Positions 1-11,392 of a stretch of 64,000 bases of DNA are shown here, piece after piece. The notes under the pieces were generated by a model that ran no database searches, was not told where the DNA came from, and saw nothing but the letters and a program-made list of their open reading frames with translations. Position numbers and translations under genes: made by a program. How positions within the stretch are numbered: position 1 is the stretch's first letter; every line of letters starts with the position of its first letter. The stretch spans positions 1 to 64,000 of the forward strand of contig MU008213.1 in NCBI GenBank assembly GCA_010909165.1, given 5' to 3'. The DNA is from Anthoceros angustus (Eukaryota > Plantae > Anthocerotophyta).

Positions 1-138
1 GGTCGTGGAAGAGGAATTGGTGTCCAGCAGCAAGGAGGAGGAGCACTTCTCCGAGCACGACCTACCTTTCGCAGCCGTTGCGGAGCTTCCACGACGTTTT
101 GCTTCTCGAAGCGGTGAGACCACCCCAACTTCCGATTA

Positions 139-1320
139 ATGACGGCGACGCAGGTCGTCGAGTGGGAATTTCGCCGGGAGGACTTGGCGGAACGTCTCGA
201 TCGAATCTCTGATCAACTCGACTTGTTGGGACGAACCACAAGGGAGGTCGCTACTCCTCCGTTGGTCGAAGATTTCCGCATTCAAAGGTCTCGATCTGTT
301 TTCTGTTATCCCGAAGGAAGAAGAAGCGTTGGGGCAGCGGCGACGATCGGGGCGAGCAATATGAGTGGAGTCGGTGGAGGAGGAGGGCCGCCACAGCTCC
401 ACAGTCGCCAGCAATATGTCAAATTCGGCGAGAAAAAGAAGGGAGATGACGCGGAGGCGTTTGTAAGAACTTTCGAGCACGTCTCCCACGCTAACTTGGA
501 GGATGGAGTCGCCAATCGACTACGCATCTTCCCGGGACTGCTGAGAGGGCATGCACAACAGTGGTATGGTCGCACCTATAATTCGGTGGCGCCAGCGGAT
601 TGGGAAACTCTCAAAGCAGCCTTCTTGAATCGGTTCCGAGGGCTCAGCTCACGCACCACACCTTGGCGAGGTTGAGAACCCTTCAGAGGAAGAAGAAGCG
701 AGAATCTCCTCGATGTGGAGAGGTTTTATGGGTATCTGGATCGAGTTCCGAAATGTGCACCCGAGAGGCCGGGGGATCCACCCACCTCCGGATACTCACA
801 AGAGCAAGCATTGGATTGGTTCGTGAGTGGCTTGTCGCGAAAATGGAGGTACACTGCAGGCGTGGAACAAAGACGTTGGCAGGAGCCCTCCGCTTGGCTG
901 AGGAATGGGAGTCCGCCGAGTTGGGGAGGAGAAGAAAGAAGAGGCGAAGTCATAAGAAGAGGAAAGGGTCGAGGAGATCAAGCTCCTCGTCTTCCTCTAC
1001 CTCCTCCAGCTCGTCGCCCTCATCCTCATCAGAGAGCGAGGACAGCGGAACTCACGAAAGCTCCACATCGGATGAAGAATCAGAGAAGGCCTATGAACGA
1101 CGAATGAAGAAGGACCTGGAGAAGGTCAAAAGGCGGCAAAAAGAAGCGGAACGCGCACTGGAGAAGGAGAGGAAGGGGAAGACGGTCCGTTGGGTGGAGA
1201 AGGGAGAAACGTCTGCAGCAGGAGGTGGAATTGCGGGACAAGTGGAGGCTTTAACCAAGAGACTGACCGAGCTAGAGGTCAAAGCTGTGAAGAATCAAGC
1301 TTCGTCCTTGCTTGTGATTC
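139..1320 (+). mobile_element. Ty3/Gypsy gag fragment (frameshifted, no pol in window)
   Basis: ORF 139-675 has a retrotransposon-gag pattern (FVRTFE...LRGHAQQWY...WETLKAAFLNRF). It continues in other frames into an Arg/Ser/Glu-rich spacer resembling the gag at 48095-48679. Confidence 0.7.
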
Positions 1321-1349
1321 GTCCGCATTGGATGACGAGCCACTTGCCT

Positions 1350-1613
1350 TTCTTTTTATTGAGCTTGATCAAGTCAAGACTCAATTTGCCTTCCTTAGCG
1401 GCAGCGGTTCCATACATATGGTGACCGCCACCGTGTCCTTTGCCTTAAGCTTGATCAAGTCATGCTTATTCTTTTTATTGAGCTTGATCAAGTCATCAAG
1501 ACTCAATTTGCCTTCCTTAGCGGCGGTTTCATGCATGTGGTGACCGCCCGTGGCCTTAAGCTTGATCAAGTCATCCACATTCTTTTTATTGAGCTTGATC
1601 AAGTCATCAAGAC
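1350..1613. repeat. Tandem repeat, ~110-120 bp unit x ~2.3
   Basis: TTCTTTTTATTGAGCTTGATCAAGTC recurs at ~1350, ~1469 and ~1580; each unit contains the palindrome CTTGATCAAG. Confidence 0.9.
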
Positions 1614-1833
1614 TTAGATGACCACAACGTTGTCTTAGGTCCTCGAGCAACTCATAATTATTGCTTGGTCGAGGAATTCATTATTGCTTGGATGTTTGTG
1701 CTCTATAATGTATTTAAAATTGGTCAATATGGATTATTTTTGTGAAAATATATTCAACCGTGGTGGTTGCTCTCAATATCCTAGGCAAATCAATTGTTAA
1801 GTTCTCGTGGAACCGTTGCAAGGATGAGCAACC

Positions 1834-2167
1834 GACCACTTATTGTTTGATAGATGTTCAATTTTACCGACCACTTATTGTTTGATAGATGTTCAATTTT
1901 ATAGACCACTTATTGTTTGATAGATGTTCAATTTTATGGACCACTTATTGTTTGATAGATGTTCAATTTTATAGACCACTTATTGTTTGATAGATGTTCA
2001 ATTTTCACTTATTGTTTGATAGATGTTCAATTTTAGACCACTTATTGTTTGATAGATGTTCAATTTTATAGACCACTTATTGTTTGATAGATGTTCAATT
2101 TTACCGAGCACTTATTGTTTGATAGATGTTCAATTTTATACACCACTTATTGTTTGATAGATGTTCA
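1834..2167. repeat. Minisatellite, ~35 bp unit x ~10
   Basis: GACCACTTATTGTTTGATAGATGTTCAATTTTA(TA/CC) repeated head-to-tail with no unique spacers. Confidence 0.95.
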
Positions 2168-2315
2168 CGAGGTGGAGCGTGGCGAGGATGAGCAACTTAA
2201 CAAACCACTTCTTGTTAGGCTTTCCTAAGGTGCAGCGTTGCGAAGGTGGGCAACTCAACCAACCACTTAGATGATGGCTCCTTTATAGATGACCTTGAAT
2301 ACTAGATACTATCAG

Positions 2316-2520
2316 GATATTTGATATTTCCTTTCTAGCATCTTCAAATTGTTTTTCTTGTGATAGGTACTATAAATGGATATTTGATATTTCCTTTATG
2401 GCACGTTCAAGTTGTTTTTCTTGTAATACATACTATTAATGGATATATGATATTTCCTTTCCAGCATGTTCTAATTGTTTTCTTGTGGTAGCGATATTAT
2501 ATTTATATTTGGTATTTTCT
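2316..2520. repeat. Degenerate tandem repeat, ~63 bp unit x ~3
   Basis: GGATATTTGATATTTCCTTT...TTGTTTTTCTTGT recurs at ~2316, ~2379 and ~2441. Confidence 0.8.
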
Positions 2521-3574
2521 TTTGTGGTATCTTTGAATTTCTTTCACTGCTGTATTGGTCCATCTTAGTAACAAAATGGCATGGTTGTGCAACTTAATAA
2601 TTAAGTCTCCTCACTTGCCTTCTTAATGTACAACATGTCAATTGGAGAACTAAACTACACCAAATCTTTGTAGGAATAGAAGTTGATGTGGGAAATAGTT
2701 ACCACGTGATTAGACAAAGGCATTTGTTTCGTTCCTTGATGAACTTTGTGGCGTGAACTAAGCAATGTCATGCCTAACACTTCAGCCCAAATGTGGTAAC
2801 ATGGTCATAGTTTTAACCTTATTAATGTTATGAATTGCGTGCTAAACTTACGTCAACTTAAGGCTGGCCTTGATTGCCACGAACCTTTTATGTTGAAGCT
2901 CACGATGGCCTCCCAAAGCGCTTCTTACTAAGGGCTGTCCATGGCATTCAAACCTTCATCAAAAGGAGCCATTCGTATATCTAGTTTGTGACGAAATCTT
3001 TATCAAGGTGCCCAATATTGCAAGGTAAGCGGCAATTAGGAGACCCCAATACTTTAGTGTAGATGAGACCATCCAATTTGTACACCTTTGACATAAAGAA
3101 CTACTCATCATATTATGATTTCAAGGATGATTTCAAGGACTATCAAACTACGTAGGGCAGAAAACAAACCTAGACTTGTAGGATAGAGGTTAGTCGTAGA
3201 GACTTTGCGTTGTGGAATAGCGAGGTTTGACCTACTTTGGGCTTTTCTTGTGAATACATAAGCATTGGGATTCTCATCTTATCTCCATTTTCAAATTTCA
3301 TGGCCAAACGGAAAAAAACATTACTACAATAATATAAATTAAACCACTAGCACAACAAAAATTAAGGCATAATAAAGAAAAAAAAGAATAAAGCATAAAA
3401 CATAAAACAAAACAAAACCTCAAACAACAGCGGCAAAACAATAGAGAGAACCTTGTGCATCTTTTGAATCTTTAGACAGACTAAAGGCAGCCCCGTAGGA
3501 CGTTTTACAACAGGCAGTCCAGTAGGGCTTTTCCAAGCACTGTAGAAACACTAAAGAAACCTAACCCTAACAAA

Positions 3575-3775
3575 ACTATATCCTTGATTTCTTTGCAACT
3601 TTCATAATTTAACTCGTTTTTAAGCGATTGTTCCTCCTAGTTTTCTTTTGCATGATATTTGTAGGGTTCTACAGCTTTTCTTGCATATGTCCACTTTGAC
3701 TGTAAAGTTATTGCTCTACAGCCTTCTTTCAAGCAGCTTTCCAGCTTTTCTAAGCAATCATACATCACTCGTGAA
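3575..3775. repeat. Dispersed repeat, related copy at ~32795-32995
   Basis: Shared segments such as TTTCTxTGCAACTTTxATAATTTAACTC and TTTCTTGCATATxTCCACT, colinear over ~200 bp. Confidence 0.7.
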
Positions 3776-3954
3776 CGACCCTAGAAGTCATGAATAACAA
3801 GAGAGATGAGATCGACTTACCATCTACCATATGATACTAGAAGAACACAATAAAGGTTAGATGAAGTCAACAACAAATGACAGCTATGTTTTGATACCTA
3901 TTGTGGAATATGAGCTCTTCTATTCTACATGTCATATCATATAACTAGGAAATA

Positions 3955-4045
3955 TAATACCATTGAAATATCCAAACATACTAGAATTATGATACCATTG
4001 AAATATCCAAACATACTAGAACTATAATACCATTGAAATATCCAA
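3955..4045. repeat. Tandem repeat, ~32 bp unit x 3
   Basis: ATACCATTGAAATATCCAAA occurs three times in tandem. Confidence 0.9.
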
Positions 4046-4977
4046 ATATGGAGATGGTAGGGAGCTGAATTGCCGCAAAGGTGGTCCCTCTGAACAACGT
4101 AATCCCTCAATCTTCCCCTTTCAACCCTTTTCTTATTAGGCAACCCTTCAAAGGTTGCCTTGGGTAATCTATCTCAACCCCACACGCATGCCTGTAGTTA
4201 GCTAGCCTACCACAACTAGGCTTGTTGCAACTCTTAAGTGTTAGAATATCAAGATTTACCTAGAATTAGGGTATTCTGATATTATACTATAAAGATATTA
4301 TACATGACACCTACAAACACTAGCAAAGCTACCTATAAGCTATCTAGCTGCGTCTGTGTCATAAGCACAATAGAGTCTATCTTATATAGTCTGGTAGTGA
4401 GACTATTCATCTAATCTAGGAGGCCATTGGCCTTCTGCCCGAGAGCTTTCTATCCACTAGAGTAGCAAATGCTTGAATCTCTTACATTGAGGAAGAGTTC
4501 TATAGGAGAAAAAAGGGCATACAACAAGTAACAAGAAGTTCCCTACATTACCAGTAATATCATATTAGGCAAAAAATCAAAATGTCAATATAATACGACT
4601 AACGTCTTCTTCTATATTGTTTCATATAATATCGAGATAATTACAAAATATAAGGGTAGATATCGATAAAAAGAGTCACTTTGGATCTATATATCTCTGC
4701 ATTGCTGGGCAGAAAATATGTTTGGGAAGTTTGGGAACGATGACTTCACACCAAGAGTGAGTACTTCCATATATAATTTATTTAGAATATATTTTATGTA
4801 ATTTCTCCATTTTTGCTTTTCTGTTTCATGTATACAGTACAGTTTGGGTACATGTGAGTACTTCCATATGTATTTGAATTCATTCATATTAGTTTTCTAT
4901 GATATTCTTCTTTTCTGTCTTCTTTATGTAATCAAGTACTTACAAATAAAATCTTTTGAATGTCTAGACTTGCAAGC

Positions 4978-5386
4978 ATGAGAGCTACCAAGAGAAGAGT
5001 GACATTGCAAATGCAACAAAAAAAAAGACATTTTAGCCCACACAGAGGCTAACAAGCCAATCACTCACAAGGCGCTAAGTGAATGGGCCACTGGCCATTT
5101 TCGAGTGAAGGTCTCAGTGGCAACCATCAAGCGAGTCACGATCCAAAGTGTCAAACAACACAACTTGCAACGCAGACACTTGCGACCTTGTGCATCTCAT
5201 GAAGTTGAAAAACTGTTGTGTGATTGGTTTGTGGTAAAGAAGGGAGGAGCCACAAAAGATGCTGAAATATGTAAACATGCGAAAATTTTCTATGAGCAAT
5301 TACCCGAAGAAGTGCGGAACATACGGGCTCTCATATTTTCAAATGGGTGGGCCTTAGGATTCAAGCGTAGACATGGTATAGCATGA
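4978..5386 (+). pseudogene. pogo/Tc5-type (CENP-B-like) transposase N-terminal DNA-binding fragment
   Basis: ATG at 4978, one frameshift in an A9 run, then KKDILAHTEANKPITHKALSEWATGHFRVKVSVATIKRV...EVEKLLCDWF...FSNGWALGFKRRHGI, matching the CENP-B/Tc5 double-HTH pattern. No DDE domain follows. Confidence 0.8.
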
Positions 5387-6258
5387 CATGTAAAGCGTAG
5401 AAAACCTCGGGCTTAACCATGCACTTAAGTTCAAAGAGCTCAAATTGAGACTTCTTAGATACATATAGAAGATTATCTCTTTTTTCTCTCATGAGATTCT
5501 TTTAAAATGTTTTGGGCAGTTTTGTGCATATGGTCTAATTTTTTATTTATTTAAAAATTGGAAAAAAACAAAGCAACCCTACTATGCTGTACCTATTTTG
5601 ATACTAGCTGTAGACAATTCAAATGATCCTTTGTGTTCTTTCTGGGCGAAGCCGGAGCTCCGATTGGCATGCACCAAGCTAAGGCTCCGCCGGTCAGAAA
5701 CTAGCTCCCGTCAATGTCTGCACGATCATATCACGCTCAGGTTTGGCCAATTTCAGGCTGGCAAGTCGCAAGGTAGATTGCGGCTTAGTCATATGCATGA
5801 CTAAGCCTGTAGGTTTGGCTTGCAATTGGTCTGCCATAATCCTATTCGATCGAGCTAGTCCATAATTGATGATTTTGTGCCCGACGGTTGCTAGGCGGAG
5901 CTAAAGCATAAAAAAGAAAAAAAAGCAAAAATTTCAAGGTGTTTAAATTGATATACTAGACTGTACAGTATTATGGTGTTATTTCACAGTCCATCTGAGA
6001 GGTTCCCTTGAGCGAGAGCAGGGGAGCGAGGGAGAGGTTAAGGAGGAGGGGCTCGAATCTGGGAGGCTAGGGGAGAAGTGAAGGAGGATGGAGCTCCTCC
6101 TACCCTTGTAGGATTGAGCTAGGGCAAGAGTGTCGCCAGCAGCGGATGCGCCACAACGCGTTTTTCCTCACCGCCATATCGAGATTTTTCAGACGAACCA
6201 CAAACCAGTCCACATCCACAACTCTACAACAACTGTGTGAACTTCATGAACTAGGGAC

Positions 6259-6496
6259 TATTGGAATATGTTAAGTTAGGAACTGCCCAGCAGTTATCTA
6301 CCTATCTAGTGGTAGTTTTATATTTTCAGTTATAGCGGTTCAATAACCGAGTAGCCTTTTGGCTATATAACACTCTTTACTTTTCTAATACAAGTAACAG
6401 TACTTTTCCATATGCTCGTGCACTTGCTCCCCACCGTCTTGTGTTTGACCACCGCCTAGCTTGGATCCTGGGATGGCACACACTTGCCTCCTTTTA
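6259..6496 (+). repeat. Copia-A 5' LTR (TA..TA termini)
   Basis: Matches 30848-31085; immediately followed by TGGTATCATAGCC. Confidence 0.93.
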
Positions 6497-6509
6497 TGGT
6501 ATCATAGCC
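6497..6509 (+). promoter_or_regulatory. Primer binding site (tRNA-iMet type) of Copia-A
   Basis: TGGTATCATAGCC, one mismatch to the canonical TGGTATCAGAGC, abutting the LTR. Confidence 0.85.
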
Positions 6510-6847
6510 TAAGATCATAGGCAATAGCGAAGGGCGCTCGTGCACACCATTTTCCCATGTTGTGGTTACCCAAATTGTATAGTGCCGAGACGTAGATTTC
6601 AGCCTTCTCTTGTCAGATCCTCTCGTAGGAATCTGCCCAACAGGTAGCCTAGGCAATCCCTTCTTTGTGAGGATTGCACGTCTGAAGGAAGGCGTGAGAC
6701 TACTCCGGCAATCCGAAACCGTTTCGTGCGCGCATCTCAGTCGGTGCGCGACCAACTCCGACGGCAAGTGCAGACACCACCATCAGCGCAAGTTGTGAGG
6801 ACTTCCCATCTTCCCCGGACAACCGCCAAACAAGAATCATCGACAAG

Positions 6848-7111
6848 TGATGAGAATCTGTAGCTCTTAGATTAGAAGAAGAAAAACAAATGTAAGTAAG
6901 TAATGAGTAAAGTACAAGCCTTTAAATAGGCTGGGTAGTTGGGTGGTTACAACCATAAGTGGTTGCAACCATAAGTAGTTCTGTAACCGTAAGTTGTTGT
7001 AACCAATATAACTAATATAACTACTAACTACCTAAATAACCCTAGGTAAATAATAATGTTTAAGTTATGAGGCCCTAATGAATAGTGCCCTAATCTAGAC
7101 CTATTTCATCA
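6848..7111 (-). repeat. Copia-B 3' LTR
   Basis: Near-identical to 22664-22928; purine tract (rc GAGTGGGAG) adjacent at 7112-7120. Confidence 0.92.
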
Positions 7112-7466
7112 CTCCCACTCACTATGAATATAGGGGTGAAGTCTAGCCTTTAAAATGAGGCCTAAATGTTAAATAGGCTCCCACTAAACCTAAAGTTATT
7201 TGCTTAAGAAAAAAGGTCTTAAAAAACTTAAGCATCTAACATATAATCAAGTCATAAATAAGGACTTAATATAGGCATAAAGAAAATGAAAAACAAAATA
7301 GACGGCCACAAAGCGCCTATAAATAAAGCCAAAAGCAAGGATAGGCCCATTTCGGCCTATAACATAAAACGGCCTTCCGCGCCTGTGAGCAGGTAGGGGC
7401 GATTCTTGACCGTTAAGCCGCGCCCGGTTTACGAAACGGGAGACAAAACCGTCTCTCCACCGCTGG

Positions 7467-8024
7467 TGTGATGCTAATCTGCACTTGGGTTTAGTGTTTG
7501 ATTAGCATTAATTAATCTAATTACTTATCTTTAAGTAAGTAATTAGTGTTAATTAATCTAAAGTGCTTATGTTAATTAAGCATTGATTAGTGTTAATTAA
7601 TCTAATGTGCTTATGTTAATTAAGCATTGATTAGTGTTAATTAAACATGGTTAGCAATAGCTAAGTGGATAAGCTCAAGTAATATGCTTTGGCATGGCAT
7701 ATTATAGTGTATTCTTAGGATACAATAGCTAAGTGGATAAGCTCAAGTAATATGCTTTGGCATATTCCTTGCATATTATAGTGTATTCTTAGGATATTTC
7801 CGGTATGCTTGCCAATAGGATATCTTAGGAATATCGATGCCAGTCTAGTATATAGACCCTTCCATTGAGGACAAGCTCGGATCATAGCTTGTCCTCTAGA
7901 TGCTCTAAGAGGCGTTGTGAGGAGGCCAAAGCTATGACTCAGAGCGATGTGTGAGGAATTTGCGTGTTGTTCGTGGGGAGGTGTGTTTGTGCCACGACGC
8001 GAGCTACTCCCTCCTGTTGTTACA
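7467..8024 (+). repeat. Gypsy-DNMT 5' LTR
   Basis: TGT...ACA termini; colinear with 15481-16062; TATA-like TATATAG at 7849; internal AT-rich tandem repeats. Confidence 0.85.
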
Positions 8025-8029
8025 AGCTA

Positions 8030-8500
8030 TGATCTAGGCGTGCTAGGCGTGCTGGGCGTGCTAGGCGATGCTAGGCGGCTGGGCGATGCTAGGCGATGCT
8101 AGGCGTGCTAGGCGTGCTAGGCGATGCTAGGTGATGCTAGCGACCCTAGGCGTGCTAGGCCGTGCTAGGCGAGGCTACGAGGCACGCTCTTTAAGCAAGT
8201 AGGCAAGGGACTCTCAAGTGTGCCCAAGGCTTAAGGCCAAGGCCAGAGAGGCGAAGAAGCAAGTCAAGGCCAAGGAGGAGGAGAAGAAGCCCAAGGCCAA
8301 GGAGGAGAGGAGGCGAAGAAGCCCAAGGAGGAGGCGAAGAGTAAGGCCAAGGCCAGAGGAGAGGAGAAGAAGCCCAAGCCCAAGGCCAAGGAGGAGGCGA
8401 AGAAGCCCAAGTCCAAGGCCAAGGAGAGGAGGCGAAGAAGCCCAAGTCCAAGGCCAAGGCCAAGGAGGCGAAGCCCAAGGAGGAATGAGGCCTCCACAGG
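8030..8500. repeat. Low-complexity tandem repeats in the Gypsy leader
   Basis: (CTAGGCGTG/CTAGGCGATG)n at ~8030-8175, then GAAGAAGCCCAAGGCCAAGGAGGAGGC-type repeats at ~8230-8490. Confidence 0.85.
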
Positions 8501-8647
8501 GGCTGGCCTTTAAGGCCAACCAACCAAGGGAGAAACAAGAGTATTTTACTCTTGGGCCCCGGATTCAAGGGATAAGGGGAAGCGGATAGACATGGGTATG
8601 TCATCAGTCCATTTGATTTCACTTTCTGTCCAAAAGTCCTAGTTGTC

Positions 8648-8699
8648 GGCACCCCATCCAGGTACTGATCCACCCACGGTGCTTAACTCTGGAGTTCCT
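8648..8699 (-). repeat. 5S rRNA-like internal-control-region fragment
   Basis: rc AGGAACTCCAGAGTTAAGCACCGTGGGTGGATCAGTACCTGGATGGGGTGCC resembles the box A to box C part of 5S rRNA; 5S 5' and 3' ends are absent. Confidence 0.6.
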
Positions 8700-9099
8700 A
8701 TGCCTTTGCTATCCAACTCACCCAGCTCACATTTTTGACATATAGCCTGCAGAGTATTTCTATGCGATTTTAACATGCATAGATACTTAGAGGTTTCACT
8801 AATCACGATCTAAGATAGCGGGGTGTGTTAACCTTGATTAAGGGTTTGATCTAGCCACTAACCGCCTGGAGTGCATGCCTGGACACACTCGATCCGGACG
8901 GAGCTACCAACCAGCAAGTCCATCAGAGCGAATTCGAAGTCCCGACCAAGAGGGAGAAGTGCGAACAGCTCGATTTTGGTACCACCGAAGGACGCGGAGG
9001 AACCCAGCGACACAATCAACAATCTTTGAAGGATGTGGTGGCAACACACAAGACACGTTAGTCTTCGGGACAACTCGGTGAGCGGCAATGAGGAGGACT

Positions 9100-10830
9100 T
9101 GTCTCTTGGAGTCGTCAAGATGGGAGGAGACAAGGATCGAATGGAGTTGTTCACAGGACGGCGGGCACCTTGCCACGGAGGACTTCATCGAGAATGCAGT
9201 GCGGTGTGTGCGGAGATGGAATTGAAGACCGGATACACGAGCGGCTTCATCCAAATGCCAAGTACTTGGGGATGAAGCATTGGCGTGCTATCGCGAGCAC
9301 AAGGCGAGGTTGAGCGCACTGGAGGACCAGTGAGTAGCAGTTCAAGCTCCGAAGGAACCAGTATAGAGAGGCAGTGGCACCGAGTGGGCACGATCCCATC
9401 GAAGAGATGTTTGACATCTTCTGGAGTTTCCAAGCACGGATGAGAAGATCTCCGAGCTGACACACTTCAAGATGAAGTCAAGGGAGACTGCGAAGATGGC
9501 TTACCGAAGAATCGACCAGTTGGTACGTGACACCAAGATCATGAGTGACCGACTGGCTGCAGAGAAGTACTTGCAGGCATTGCCATATGCGCTGCGCATG
9601 AAGGTGCAACAAGCGGTGCACACGAAGGCAACACTACACCCTCAAGGAAGTGTACGAGATGGCGACAAGATAGGGCCCGACACTTTCTCTCGTCTTTGTT
9701 GCAAGTGATTACTCCGGCACAAGTAGGAGTGGTGGACGACATGACGCGGAGGTCAGTGGAGGAGCTCGGCGAGACAAGCCAGCCCCACACCAAGTGACGA
9801 GCCCTGCGTGAGGTGCCGAGGACGGACCATTCCCCTCATGAGTGCGAGCATGCATTCGGAGGAGTCAAGGGTGAGGAGCCATGCCCTAGGTGTGGGATGC
9901 AGGCACAATGAAGCGGCATGTTGGGAGAAGCATCCGAATTGCGGCCTACGGGTTATCGAGGCAACCCGGCCAATGCATCTGCGTCAACCTCATCCACAAA
10001 ATCGTGAGCAAAGGCGCCGTGGAGGAGGCACGGCGAAGTCCCGTGGACAAAAGAAACGGGAAGCATCAAAGAAGGCGATGGACATACGTGGCACGCCTTG
10101 CAAAGCTAGAGAAGTTGGTGCGGAAGGCGAAGATCAAGGAGAGCAGCAGTTCATCATCGGAGGACGAAGAAGATGAGCACAAGCTTGGATACATGGCGTG
10201 ACCGGATCCAAGGGCAGGAAGAAACCTCGGCTACGAGAGAAGATAGCTCGGAGGAAGAAGAGGATGTCTTGACACCGGTCACGGAAGACACGGAAGGAAG
10301 CTTGGGGATCCTCTTCCGAACCTATGCCAAGATGCCAAAGTCGTTTGAGCCATTGCCAAGAGCAACTGTGGGAGCAACATCAAAGTCCAGTGGGCGATGT
10401 GGAGAAACCCATGCAGATTCTTGTGAGACGATGGCACAAAAGCTTCGGAGATGCCATGTTTCACCTACAAGACATGGGGTTGAGCGTGAAGGAAGTCGGG
10501 GTTTGACTCGGCGGATGTTGACAACCCTTGAAGACGAAGCAAGTGTCGACAATGTGCCACAGTGGCAATGATGTCATTCGACCTCGGAGCCAAGCATCTC
10601 GTGGAGAAGCGGAATCTTGCAGTGGGAGTGGCTTTGGTCAACAATCGGAGAGGCACATTGAAATCAATGGATTCGCACCAAGGAGGGTGTTGATTGACAC
10701 CGAGCACGGTGATCGTTGGAAGAAGAGTGAAGGAAGCGTTGGGTCTCCACCAAGAAAGGTTGAAGGAAACCAAGTGGAAGATCCGGACAGTGGGACCGAG
10801 CATGTGTTGGGGTGACAAGGTACAAGCTGA
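9100..10830 (+). pseudogene. Gypsy-DNMT gag and aspartic protease (frameshifted)
   Basis: Gag-like EKYLQALPYALRMKV; zinc knuckle CPRCGM-(G)HNEAAC at ~9880-9925; protease RVLIDT at ~10685-10705 followed by VIVGRRVKEALGL. Confidence 0.75.
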
Positions 10831-11392
10831 AGGTTTCATTCAAACCAAGAAGCAGACTTCACCTTTGTCGAGGTACACCGCAGTCAATCAGACACTTTTG
10901 ATGTCTTCTTTGGGAGCGGACGCTTTGTACAAACACAGTCATGGTGGATTTGTGGACGGAGGCAGTCTACTATCGACCAGTGGAGAAGCTGGAGCAAAAC
11001 CGATGAACGGATTGCCCGCATCCCTCTTACTGCATGGCAAGGATCATGAGAACCTCATTGCCAACAGCGTCTACCCAGTGTTTGGCGCCGTAGTGAAGGA
11101 CACGCCATACGTGCTTGAACCTCTTGGCGTGTGTCTAACAACCGCAACTGACCTGATGGAGGATTTCGACGAGGAGGAAAACAAGCTAGGGTTGCAACCA
11201 CCCTCGGAGGAGGTTCTTCAAGTCACTCGGACGGAGCTGGTGACTGCAGCAATGAGCCGTGCAAAAGCTGTGGAGGATGGTGCAAGAGGACCAGTGCCCT
11301 ATGAGCCGGAGAACTACTGTAAGTTCTTGCCTAGGGTTGAGCCTGTTTGTGACCTAAACACCCAGGTCATCACATGGCGACCTCGGGAAGAC

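Noticed and set aside
1381-1650. Repetitive 89 aa ORF (DDLIKLNKKN)n
   Set aside because: Translation of a tandem DNA repeat; no other coding evidence.
1834-2167. CRISPR-like array of ~35 bp repeats
   Set aside because: Units are head-to-tail with no unique spacers, no cas genes, eukaryotic context; it is a minisatellite.
2540-3130. Possible decayed transposase or gene fragment
   Set aside because: All frames are interrupted and no motif could be recognised with confidence.
8191-8673. SR/histone-like basic ORFs (8218-8589 and overlapping antisense ORFs)
   Set aside because: They arise from low-complexity tandem repeats in a retrotransposon leader; all frames are open because of repeat composition.
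8600-8720. Functional 5S rRNA gene
   Set aside because: Only ~50 nt of diverged internal similarity; no 5S termini, terminator or tandem array.
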